Translations under genes and position numbers: made by a program | Assembly (NCBI GenBank): GCA_038087875.1 | Contig: JAXLNO010000620.1 | Coordinates: forward strand, 1-64,000 | Source: Malacoraja senta | Lineage: Eukaryota | Reading direction: 5' to 3' | Length of the DNA stretch: 64,000 nt | The notes under the pieces: generated by a model | What the model was told of the DNA's origin: nothing | What the model saw: only the letters and a program-made list of their open reading frames with translations | Database searches by the model: none | Shown here: piece by piece, positions 25,960 through 37,157 of the stretch | How positions within the stretch are numbered: the first letter of the stretch is position 1 | Layout of the letters: every line of letters begins with the position of its first letter

Positions 25960-26586
25960 AGTTTAGGAAAGAACTGCAGATGCTGGAAAAATCGAAGGTA
26001 GACAAAAATGCTGGAAATACTCAGCGGGTGAGGCAGCATCTATGGAGCGAAGGAATAGGTGACGTTTGGGGTCGAGACCCTTCTTCAGACTGATGTGGGG
26101 GTGGGGGGGAAGAAGAAAGGAAGAGGCGGAGACAGTGGGCTGTGGGAGAGCTGGGAAGGGGAGGGGAAGGAGGGAGAAAGCAGGGACTACCTGAAATTGG
26201 AGAAGTCAATGTTCATACCGCTGGGGTGTAAACTGCCCAAGCAAATTATGAGGTGCTGCTCCTCCAATTTGCGGTGGGACTCACTCTGGCCATGGAGGAG
26301 ACCCAGGACAGAAAAGTCGGATTGGGAATGGGAGGGGGAGTTGAAGTGCTGAGCCACCGGGAGATCAGGTTGGTTAGTGCGAACCGAGCGGAGGTGTTGG
26401 GTGAAGCGATCGCCAAGCCTGCGCTTGGTCTCACCGATGTAGAGCAGCTGACACCTAGAGCAGCGGATGCAATAGATGAGGTTGGAGGAGGTGCAGGTGA
26501 ACCTCTGCCTCACCTGGAAAGACAGCTTGGGTCCTTGGATGGAGTCGAGGTGGGAGGTTAAGCGACAAGTGCAGCATTTCCTGCGA
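25960..26586 (-). mobile_element. Penelope-like element 3' fragment
   Basis: ORF 26187-26513 is an intact GIY-YIG C-terminus; terminal repeat with hammerhead motif at about 26060-26088. Confidence 0.88.
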
Positions 26587-26760
26587 CCTTGCCAAGTCGA
26601 TGCCAGCTTCCTGCAATGCCCATTCCCCGATGACTTTTTAGTGTTTAGTTTAGAGATACAGCGTGGTAACAGGCCCTTTGGCCCATCGAACTACTGTTCT
26701 GTTAATTCTATGCACAGAGGAGATGGTGAGAGATAAACATAAAAGAAGGCAGGCTTCTAA

Positions 26761-27247
26761 AGGGCCTGTCTCACCAGCATGCGATTGCATGCGTCTAGCG
26801 TGACCAAACGTGGTGGCTTGAGGCGTACGGCCTCCCGGGGCCGGTTCCACTTCCAACCGCGGAGCCATCTGGAGTTGTGCGGGGCTGGTCCCGACATCAT
26901 ACTCACCAATCAGCTGGGCAGGAGGCGGGCCGACTGAATTTGGACATCGCACGGCGTCGGGCGGTTACGTCATCACGCAACGCCATGCGCTAGGCGTACG
27001 CCGTCAATACACTGCATACGCCGTCGAGGCGGTGTGTGCGGCGTCGAGGCGGTGCGTGCGGCCTCCATGCGGCTGCACGCACGTTTTTTGAACACGGTCA
27101 GTTTATCGGAGCCCCGCGCGATGTCGGGACCAGCTCCGCACAACTCCATGCGGCTCCGGCGATCGAAGTGGGACCGGCCCCGCAAGGCCGTACGGCTCAA
27201 GCGGCCACGTTAGGTCGCGTTTGCCGCATGCTCGTGGGACAGGCCCT
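26761..27247. mobile_element. PIF/Harbinger-type MITE
   Basis: TIR AGGGCCTGTC.CAC.AGCATGCG, TAA duplication at 26758-26760 and 27248-27250. Confidence 0.78.
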
Positions 27248-27251
27248 TAAC

Positions 27252-27771
27252 TAGTTGCCAACTTTCTCACTCCCAGATCAGGGACCAAAGGACAAAATAC
27301 GGGACAAATTCCCCAGGGCAATCCGTTGCCCGACTGGGCCGTGTCTGGGTGAATGATGAGTTGGCCCCGGGTGCTGGACTGGACACAAAGCACAGCCGGC
27401 TGGGCCAGCTGAGGAGTTTTGGCCCGGGGGGCAACGTCGCGCGTAAAGTCCGGCACCCCGTCCAACTCATGAACCGATGATCGGCCGTGAGAAGGAGGGG
27501 GGGGGTGGTGGTGTCGGCGGTCAGCGAAGGTCCGAAGGTCGGACAGCTGGCCGGGCTGCCGACCGACCGACCGACGGGGCCACGGGCGAGGCGCTGCTGC
27601 ACTCCATGGGCTGCACTACGTCAGGACGGGTGAGGCGGGGGCCGGACGCGGCGCTCCGACCCGACAATCCCTTCGACCCGAGTAGTAGCGGTCAAATACG
27701 GGACAAGGGCGAAACCAATTTAGCCCAATATACGGGATGTCCCGGCTAATACGGGACAGTTGGCAACACTA
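27252..27771. mobile_element. hAT-type non-autonomous DNA transposon
   Basis: TIR TAG(TG)TTGCCAACT, subterminal GGGACA motifs, 8-bp target duplication CTTCTAAC (left copy split by the Harbinger MITE). Confidence 0.72.
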
Positions 27772-27799
27772 CTTCTAACATACTTTTTTCGTTTGGCAG

Positions 27800-27868
27800 A
27801 AACCCCCAAAACATCGACCAGCAAGCAACCAGAGACCAAATCGACTGAATCCCCAGCAAAGAAAACAG
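27800..27868 (+). CDS. Duplicated 69-nt stalk exon, copy 1 (ETPKTSTSKQPETKSTESPAKKT)
   Basis: Acceptor ttttttcgtttggcag with CTAAC branch-point motif upstream, donor CAG|GTGAGA; paralogous to copies 2-4. Confidence 0.87.
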
Positions 27869-29911
27869 GTGAGAATGTCTGCATCTTATCAAGGCTGTTT
27901 TAATGAGATAGCCATCGAGTTTATAGTTTTAGAGATACAGCATGGAAACAGGCCCTTTGGCAAACCAGAGATGCTGCCTGTCCCGCTGAGTTACTCCAGC
28001 ATTTTGTGTCTATCTTTGGACAGATATACGGATAGGAAGGGTTTCGGAGGAGATGGGCTAAATGCAGGCAAATTGGATAAGCCCAGAGTGGCAATGTGGT
28101 TGACATGGAGAAGTTAGGCCAATGGGTTTGTTTCCAATGTGGTGCAGCTCCATGGCTTCATGAGAAGTACTATCTAAATGGCGTCAAGTTGGGAAAAGGG
28201 GAAGTACAGCGGGATCTGGGGGGTCCTTGTACACCAGTCTATGAAAGTAAGCATGCAGGTACAGCAGGCAGTGAAGAAAGCGAATGGCATGTTGGCCTTC
28301 ATAACAAGAGGAGTCGAGTATAGGAGCAAAGAGATCCTCCTGCAGTTGTACAGGGCCCTTGTGAGACCACACCTGGAGTACTGTGTGCAGTTTTGATCCC
28401 CTAATTTGAGGAAGGACATTCTTGCTATTGAGGGAGTGCAGCGTAGGTTCACCAGGTTAATTCCCGGGATGGCGGGACTGTCATGTGCTGAGAGAATGGA
28501 AAGGCTGGGCTTGTATACTCTGGAGTTTAGAAGGATGAGAGGGTATCTTATTGTACATGTTAAGGGTTTGTACACGCTAGAGGCCGAGTTCCCGATGGTG
28601 GGGGAGTCCAGAACCAGGGGCCACAGTTTAAGAATAAGGGGTAAGACATTTGGAACGGAGACGAGGAAACACATTTTCTCACAGCGAGTTGTGAGTCTGT
28701 GGAATTCTCTGCCTCAGAGGGCGGTGGAGGCCGGTTCTCTGGATACTTTCAAGATAGAGCTATATAGGGCTCTTAAAGATAGCGGAGTCAGGGGATATGG
28801 GGAGAAGGCAGGAACGGGGTACTGATTGGGGATGATCAGCCATGATCACATTGAATGGCGGTGCTGGCTCGAAGGGCCGAATGGCCTACTCCTGCACCTA
28901 TTGTCTATTGTCTATTGAAGTCCAAGAGGAAGCAGAGTATTGGAGTCATGAAACTGGGCCATCAGCGGGAGGGTGAGGATTCCTTGTACGACAGATTGGC
29001 GCGGACACAGAGGCATGTATGTTGTATGCTCATGGCTGTAAGGTTAGCACAAGGCATGGATAGTACGGGTGTTTGGGGGGATATGGGGAGAAGGCAGGAG
29101 CATGGGGTTGGGAGGAAGAGATAGATCAGCCACGATTGAATGGCGGAATCGACTTGATGGGCCGAATGGTCTAATCCTGCTCCTATCACCCAACCTAGTC
29201 GTCCTACTAGTTTCACTGTCAATCTGCTGACTTTCACTGTTTGTATCACCTCCTCCACAGCCAACAATGGACCATTGTGGGCTCTACCGCTACTTGATCA
29301 TTGTTGCAGACTTTGATTTGTCCTTTTGCAAACCTTTCTTTCATTCATTTGTTCTTTATATCTTTTACCCTCTCCCTCCACCCCTCCCCCATCTGAGTTC
29401 ACCGGCCAGTCTGACTGACCCCCTGATTAAAGTTGTATCTTTGTATGCCTCATTGTCACCTTCCCCAAGCGAACAACGATCTATTCTACATCTTCCTTGC
29501 CCTGCATCCCTTTTGATCGTTTGTTTTCACACCTTACCCTTCTATGTCTCTCCTTTCCCCTCTCCCCTGAGTCTGAGGAAGGGTCCCGACCCGAAACGTC
29601 ACCTATGAACTTATCAGGCGCAGTGGTAGAGTTGCTGCCTTACAGCGCTTGCGGCAGCAGGGTCCCGGGTTCGATCCCGACTACGGACGCTGTCTGTGCG
29701 GAGTTTGTACGTTCTCCCCGTGACCTGCGTGGGTTTTCACCGAGACCTTCGGTTTTCTCCCACATTCCAAAGACGTGCAGGTTCGTAGGTTAATTGGCTT
29801 GGTTCAAGTGTAAACTGTCCCTAGTGTGTGCGGGATAGTGTTAGTGTGCGGGGATCGCTGGTCGGCGCGGACTCGGTGGGCCGAAGGGCCTGTTTCTGCG
29901 CTGTATTTCTA

Positions 29912-30956
29912 AGTAGCAATGTTACAAAATTTTGTGATTTTAAAAATAAAGTCTGCAATTTATCCCATCAGATAAAGCATAAAAAGAAGTTTAATTTGAC
30001 ACCTAATTCACTTTCATATCTTCAGTATTAAAGAAGTTATGGCCATTTTCATACTCGGAAATTAGCATCTTGTTCCCTATTGCTTTTCCATTGACTTAAC
30101 ACAAAAGCTGTGATCAAGGACAGTTAAAAGCCCATAACTTTCTTAAAAATTATGATAACTGAAAGAAATGTTCAGTTATTATAGATTGAAGCATTCTGAA
30201 ACAAATATGAAACAATCTTACTTAGAAGACATGAAAGTAAAGCATATAATTAGTTAGTTACCTAATTGTAGCTAATTACAAAATTCAATTACTAGATCTA
30301 AACATCTATCAATTTCTTAAGAATAGATTAACATTTTTAAATAGCCTAAGTGTCCAAATAACATTCACACAAGAATTCACAATATAACATAATTTTTAAA
30401 TCTCATTGTCATGAATTTACAGGCCAAATGGAAGGAATTGAATGTTTAATACCTGTAAATTAATGGGCATTTAAATCATCTTGTGAGTGAGGATTTCTGG
30501 AACGCGATCTTTTGGAACGTTAATTTGCGGTGAATTTAACCCCGTATTGGCATGAAAAATACTGCCGTTAGTTCGGGGAATAAAATCACCGTGTCGCATG
30601 AAAAAATGTGAATTAAAGGCTTCTTAAGAAGCACTTTTATACATTTAAAGAAACCACTTTCGTTTACCTGTCCCGTGTGTGAAATCCGTCCCCGTTATCG
30701 GCGTTGACGCTTCAGGAGCTGCTTTTAAAATTACTCTGGCGCTGACATTGACGATTTAATAAAAATAAAAAACACACAAAAGGCCACTAGGAACGATTTG
30801 TCAGCCAACGTTTGTACTCCAACAAAATATTAACCAGGACAAGGGAGGAGAAACCCGCGTTTTAACCCCGCCCCCCCTTAAAGGCGCCAAAATCGCGCAC
30901 ACGGCCAGTGGCAGAATTACAGCGCGACTGAAGGTAAGTTTTGTAACATACCTACT
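29912..30956. mobile_element. AT-rich non-autonomous DNA transposon, 3-bp target duplication
   Basis: Imperfect 18-bp TIR AGTAG(CA/GT)ATGTTACAAAA flanked by CTA on both sides; inserted into a SINE tail. Confidence 0.68.
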
Positions 30957-30989
30957 CTAAGCTGACCTAAAAATAAATTCTGAGACAAA

Positions 30990-31617
30990 AGGGCCTGTCC
31001 CACTTGGCCGTCATTTACTCGACCTTTTACTCGACCTGCTAGCGTGTGGGTAGCACGGGGGTAGCACGGGAGTGGCGTGGAGGAGTGTGGACTTCGTCCT
31101 GCGCGAAATCTTCGTGCGCCAACGGCCTGTCGCGCAACTGACGGCCAAAGTGGGACAGGCCCAAGACCCTGGCGCGACGCAACGTCTCACGTCCAACAGC
31201 AGCAGAAGCAGGCAAACGATCGCCGAGCTCGGCCTGGGGCTCACGGCCGTCGCGGATCCAGATCCGGATCCGTCCCCCACTCCTACTCCCAGAGCGGGGC
31301 CAAGATGATTGGAGATAGACACAAAATGCTGGAGTAACTCAGCGGGACCGGCAGCATCTTGGAGAGTAGCAATGGGTGACGTTTCGGGTCGAGACCCTTC
31401 GTCAGACTGAAGTAGAGTCTCGACACGAAGCATCATCCATTCCTTCTCTCCAGAGATGCTGCCGGCCCCGCTGAGTTACTCCAGCATTGTGTGTCTATCT
31501 TCAAATGACGTCACGTGCTCCAGACGGCTGCGCGGGCGCATGATGACGCGCGCGACCGTTTGCGCGACCGTCACTACCGGCCTGTCGCGTAAATGACGGC
31601 CGAGTGGGACTGGCCCT
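30990..31617. mobile_element. PIF/Harbinger-type MITE with the same internal foldback Penelope fragment as 10980-11653 (opposite orientation)
   Basis: TIR AGGGCC.GTCCCACT.GGCCGTCATTTAC; internal sequence is the reverse complement of about 11070-11495. Confidence 0.75.
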
Positions 31618-31769
31618 AAAGGGAGTGGGCGGAGGATGATGTGAGGCGGAGATTCCAGCAGCAACTAAATGGGCCGAATGGCCTGTTTCCGTTCTGTGCT
31701 CAAAGAACAAGGTGAGAGGAAGCAATTAAAGAAGAATGGCTTCTAAAAAACATTTCTCTTTTTTGGCAG

Positions 31770-31838
31770 TAGCCCCCAAAACGTCGACCAGCAAGGAACC
31801 GGAGACCAAACCAACCCATTCCCCAGCAAGGAAAACAG
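31770..31838 (+). CDS. Duplicated 69-nt stalk exon, copy 2 (VAPKTSTSKEPETKPTHSPARKT)
   Basis: Acceptor tttctcttttttggcag, donor CAG|GTGAGA, phase 1-1. Confidence 0.87.
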
Positions 31839-31861
31839 GTGAGAATATCAGCATCTATCAT

Positions 31862-32364
31862 AGGTCGACTAAAAAGGGCTGGAGAATCTCAGCGGGTGAG
31901 GCAGCATCTATGAAGCGATGGAATAGGCGACGTTTCGGCTCGAGACCCTTCTTCAGTCTGATGTCGGAGTTGGGGGCGGGAAAAAGAAAGGAAGAGGCGG
32001 AGACAGTGGGCTGTGGGAGAGCTGGGAAGGGGAGGGGAAGGAGGGAGAAAGCAGGGACTACCTGAAATTGGAGAAGTCAATGTTCATACCGCTGGGGTGT
32101 AAACTGCCCAAGTGAATTTCTCCAGTTTCAGGTAGTCCCTGCTTTCTCCCTCCTTCCCCTCCCCTTCCCAGCTCTCCCACAGCCTACTGTCACCGCCTCT
32201 TCCTTTCTTCTCCCCGCCCCCCCCAACATCAGTCTGAAGAAGGGTCTCGACCCGAAACGTCGCCTATTTCCTTCGCTCCATAGATGCTGCCTCACCCGCT
32301 GAGTTTCTCCAGCTTTTTTCTCTACCTTCGATTTTCCCAGCATCTGCAGTTCTTTCTTAAACAC
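31862..32364. mobile_element. Foldback (inverted-dimer) Penelope-like insertion
   Basis: Minus arm about 31862-32112, plus arm about 32115-32364, flanked by the 14-bp direct repeat TCAGCATCTATCAT. Confidence 0.82.
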
Positions 32365-32943
32365 TCAGCATCTATCATGGCTGTTTTTAATGAGAGAATC
32401 ATCGAATGTTAAAGAGCTGGAGATAGATAAAGTGACCGATTGTTGTCCTTTCTCCCGAGTAGAGGACACAGGTTTAATGTGTAGGAAGGAACCGCAGATG
32501 CTGGTTTACTCCAAAGATGGACATGAAAATGGACACAGAAGATGGACACAGCATCCCTCTTCCCATCAGAACTGCCCCCTTCATTGACTCCTTTAAGTCT
32601 AGACTTAAAACTCATCTCTACTCCCAAGCCTTTCTTGACGTCCTCTGAGCGAGGGCTATATGTATGTAGTGATGTTTGTATTTAATCTATGAACCACTGT
32701 TGTTTGTTATACTATGCTTATACCAACGTAAAGCACTTTGGCCAACGAGAGTTGTTTTTTAAATGTGCTATGTAAATAAAAGTGACTTGACTTGACTTGA
32801 AAAAGCTGGAGTAACTCAGATGCAGGCAGCATCTCTTCAGTCTGAAGAAGGGTCTCGACCCGAAACGTCACCCATTTCCTTCTCCCCAGAGATGCTGCCC
32901 GTCCCAATGAGTTACTCCAGCCTTTTGTGTCTCTATTTGGACA

Positions 32944-33500
32944 CGGGTGCGGACGTGGAGTCGAAGGGCGAGAAGCCGAAGCAAAGAAGTGGAAGCCAAA
33001 TAACCGAACGGAAACGAAGCCGGTACGCCAACTAACCGAAAGGGCGGGTCACCTAAAAGCCAACTCACAGAAAGGCCGCTCTGCCGAAAAGCCAAATAAC
33101 GGACATGACGTCGCCGGGGGGCGGGACTTGTCAGCGATTGGTCCAGACCCCCACGTCCATCACATCACATCAGGAGACGGGAGGGTGGGGGTCATTTTCC
33201 CACACAAGCCATAGGTGACTGGGCTTTTCGGCACAGCGCCTTTTTGATGAGTTGGCTTGTAGGCGACGCAGCCTTTTGGTGAGTTGGCATTTCGGCCTAG
33301 CGGCCTTTCGGTGAGTTTGCTTTTAGGCGTCCCGCCCTTTCGGTTCTTTGGCTTTTCCGCTTCGTACACTTTCGGTTCGTTGGCTTAACGGCTTCGTACA
33401 CTTTCGGTTATTTTGGCGTTTCGGCTGCGTTTCCGTTCGGCTATTTGGCTTCCACTTCTTTGCTTCGGCTCCTCGTCCGTCGGCGCCACGTCCGGGTACC
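32944..33500. mobile_element. Mutator-like non-autonomous element
   Basis: Long imperfect TIRs (CGGACGTGG...AGCCGAAGCAAAGAAGTGGAAGCCAAATA.CCGAACGGAAACG) and 9-bp direct repeat ATTTGGACA at 32935-32943 and 33501-33509. Confidence 0.68.
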
Positions 33501-34875
33501 ATTTGGACATAGGTTAAAATTGGGAGGAGAGAGATTTCTCAGGGGGCGCTCAGCGACAACTTTTTCCACTCAGGGGGGGGGGGGGGGGTAATCCAATATC
33601 TGAAATAAGTTACCGGAGGAAGATATTGGCCTGCACTGTGGCGCAGCGGTAGAGTTGCTGCCTTACAGAGCCAGAGACCCGAGTTTGTTCCTGACCGTGG
33701 GTATTCTCTGTACGGAGTTTGTACGATCTGTTTGTACGTTAGGCTGTAGGGCATCTTGTACGTTAGGCCGTAGGGCATCTTTGTGTTCAGTTTTCGTCAC
33801 CGCGTTGTGGGAAAGATGTTGTCAAGCTGGAAAAGGGGTGCAGAGAAGATTTACGAGGATGCTGCCGGGACTCGAGGACCTGAGCTATAGGGAGAGGTTG
33901 AGCAGGCTGGGACCCTGTTCCTTGGAGCGCAGGAGGATGAGGGGTGCTCTTATAGAGGTGTACAAGGTCGTGAGAGGAATAGATCGGGTCGATGAACGGA
34001 GTCACTTGCCCAGAGTAGGGGAATCGAGGACAAGTGGTTTAAGGTGAGCGGGGAAAGATTGGACATCCTCTGGCTTAATCCAAAGATTGGATATCGGTTC
34101 AAAATTTGGACATAGGAACATGAGGGGTAACTTTTTTATACTCAAAGGATAGTGGGTGAATGGAACGAACAGCCAGAGGAGGTTGTTGAGGCAGGTACTA
34201 TCATAAGGTTTAAGAGATATTTGGATAGGTACATGGACAGGTAGAATGAAAGTAAGCATGCAGGTACAGCAGGTAGTGAAGAAAGCGAATGGCATGTTGG
34301 CCTTCATAACAAGAGGTGTTGAGTATAGGAGCAAAGAGGTCTTTCTGCATTTGTATTTGGTCCCCTAATTTGAAGAAGCACATTCTTGCTATTGAGGGAG
34401 TGCAGCGTATGTTTACAAGGTAAATTCCCGGGATGGCGGGACTGTCATATGCTGAGAGAATGGAGCAGCTGGGCTTGTATACTCTGGAGTTTAGAAGGAT
34501 TAGAGGGGATCTTATTGAAACATCTAAGATTATTAAGGGTTTAGGCACGCTAGAGGCAGGAAACATGTTCCCGATGTTGGGGGAGTCCAGAACCAGGGTT
34601 CGCAGTTTAAGAATAAGGGGTAAGCCATTTAGAACGATGAGGAAACACTTTTTCACCCAGAGAGTTGTGATTCTGTGGAATTCTCTGCCTCAGAGGGCGG
34701 TGGAGGCAGTTCTCTGGATACTTTCAAGAGAGAGCGAGATAGGGCTCTTAAAGATGGCAGAGTCAGGGGATATGGGGAGAAGGCAGGAACGGTGGTACTG
34801 ATTGTGGATGATCAGCCATGATCACAGTGAACGGCGGTGCTGGCTCGAAGGGCCAAATGGCCTACTCCTGCACCT

Positions 34876-34998
34876 ATTGTCTATGGTCTATGGTCTATGG
34901 TCTATGGTCTATGGTCTATGGTCTATGGTCTATGGTCTATGGTCTATGGTCTATGGTCTATGGTATATGGTCTATTGTCTATTGTCTATTGTCTATTG
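34876..34998 (+). repeat. (TCTATGG)n/(TCTATTG)n heptamer microsatellite, expanded CR1 tail
   Basis: Read directly at the end of a CR1 3' UTR. Confidence 0.9.
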
Positions 34999-35205
34999 AT
35001 AGGACAGGTTTCGAGGGATATGGGCCAAATGCCGGCTGGTGGAACTAGTGTAGATGAGACATGTTGGTCAGCGTGGGCAAGTTGGGCCAAAGGGCCTGTT
35101 TCCACACTGTGTGACTCTGTGACTCTAACCTTTATGCACTAAGAACAAGGTGGGAAGAAAACTTAAAAGGAGGCAGGCTTCTAAAATACTTGTCTCTTTG
35201 GACAG

Positions 35206-35274
35206 AAGCCCCCAAAACATCGACCAGCAAAGAACCAGAGACCAAACCAACCCATTCCCCGACAACGAAGACAG
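35206..35274 (+). CDS. Duplicated 69-nt stalk exon, copy 3 (EAPKTSTSKEPETKPTHSPTTKT)
   Basis: Acceptor cttgtctctttggacag, donor CAG|GTGAGG, phase 1-1. Confidence 0.87.
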
Positions 35275-36058
35275 GTGAGGATAACTGGTTTTTATCAAGG
35301 CTGCTTAAATGTCTTTGAGTTTTTAGTTTTCGTGATACAGCCTGGAAACAGGCCCTTCGGTCCATCGAGTCTGTGCCGACCACGAACCCCCCCCGTACAC
35401 TAGTTTTATCCTACACACTCGAGAAAAATTTACAGAAGCCTTTAAACCTACAAACCCGCACGTCAATAGACAATAGACAATAGGTGCAGGAGTAGGCCAT
35501 TCGGCCCTTCGAGCCAGCACCGCCATTCAATGTGATCATGGCCGATCATCCCCAATCAGTACCCCGTTCCTGCCTTCTCCCCATATCCCCTGACTCCGCT
35601 ATCTTTAAGAGCCCTATCTTGCTCTCTCTTGAAAATATCCAGAGAACCGGCCTCCACCGCCCTCTGATGCAGAGAATTCCACAGACTCACAACACTCGGT
35701 GAGCAAAAGTGTTTCCCCGTCTCCGTTCTAAATGGCTTACCCCTTATTCTTAAACTGTGTGTGGCCCCTGGTTCTGGACTCCCCAACATCGGGAACATGT
35801 TTCCTGCCTCTAGCGTGTCCAAACCCCTAATAATCTTATGTGTTTCAATAAGATATCCTCTCATCCTTCTCAACTCCAGAGTGTACAAGCCCAGCCGCTC
35901 CATTCTCTCAGCATATGACAGTCCCGCCATCCCGGGAATTAACCTTGTAAACCTACTCCCTCAATAGCAAGAATGTCCTTCCTCAAATTAGGGGACCAAA
36001 ACTGCACACAATACTCCAGGTGTGTGGAATGTGGGAGGAATTCTATGTCTATCTTTGG

Positions 36059-36551
36059 TGTAGGAGCCATTTATGTTTAGGCTAGTTACTGTAGGCATAG
36101 ACAATAGACAATAGATCATAGGTGCAGGAGTAGGCCATTCGGTCCTTCGAGCCATTCAATGTGATCATGGCTGATCATCCCCAATCAGTACTTATATTAT
36201 GTGCTGATCATCCCCAATCATATTATATTATTTTGTCTAGATATATCTTTGCAGTATTATTTTGGACACTTGGGGGCGGTCATTAGAAGCACAAGGGGGC
36301 ATAGAAAGATATATATGTTTGGGATAGTGGAGTGAGTGATCAGATCAGGTAACAGACCATGAAGCTTGCATGCAGAATGGGAAAAGTCTGGTACGTTTGG
36401 CTCTTTGTTCGTACAACTGCTTCAATAAACATCTGGAAATAACGACAGGAAGTTCTGTTCTATTTGGTCTGCGTAAGATCACACCTCCCAACCTGTGTAG
36501 TTATGGCAACGGGAAAGTGGACATGGGTAGAGTTGTAAACTAGCCAATACA
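36059..36551 (+). mobile_element. Solo LTR
   Basis: TGTA...TACA termini, 5-bp direct repeat TTTGG on both sides, internal TATA-like ATATATAT and AATAAA; a CR1 tail is inserted inside. Confidence 0.72.
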
Positions 36552-36709
36552 TTTGGAATGTTGTGAGCAGATTTGACCCCCCACATCTGTGGAAGGCTGT
36601 GCTGGCATTGGAGAGGGTCCAGAGGAGGTTGACGAGATTGATCCCGGGGATGACTGGGTTGACACACTTGGAACATTCGTTGCCCCCGGGACTGTTCTCG
36701 CTGGAGTAA

Positions 36710-37157
36710 AGGGCCCGTCCCACTTTCCCGAGTTATTCACGAATCCTCCCGAGAGTTATTCACGAATTCTCCCGAGTTCTCCCCTTGATTCAAACTCGCC
36801 GAATGTCCGTAACGAGTCCGTAGGAGGCCGTGGGAGTCCGTGGATATATCGTAGCGGCTCGTTATGCCGGCCGTGGGTACTCGGGGCATTGGGTAAGTCG
36901 GGACGTTTTTTTCCAGCCTGATAAAAAATGTCCACGAGTAAAAATAATAGCGCCGAGTACCTACGGCTGGCATAACGAGCCACTACGATATATCCACGGC
37001 CTCCTACGGACCCGTTTCAAACATTCTGCAAGTTTGAATCAAGGGGAAAACTCGGGAGAATTCGTGAATAACTCGGGAGAATCCGTGAATAACTCGGGAG
37101 AATTCGTCAATAACTCGGGAGAATTCGTGAATAACTCGGGAAAGTGGGACAGGCCCT
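36710..37157. mobile_element. PIF/Harbinger-type MITE with 21-bp subterminal tandem repeats
   Basis: TIR AGGGCC.GTCCCACTTTCCCGAGTTATTCACGAAT; (AACTCGGGAGAATTCGTGAAT)n. Related MITEs at 44666-45198 and 49308-49536. Confidence 0.75.

Noticed and set aside
34802..35142. ORFs with repeated SMVYGLW
   Set aside because: Translation of a 7-bp microsatellite.
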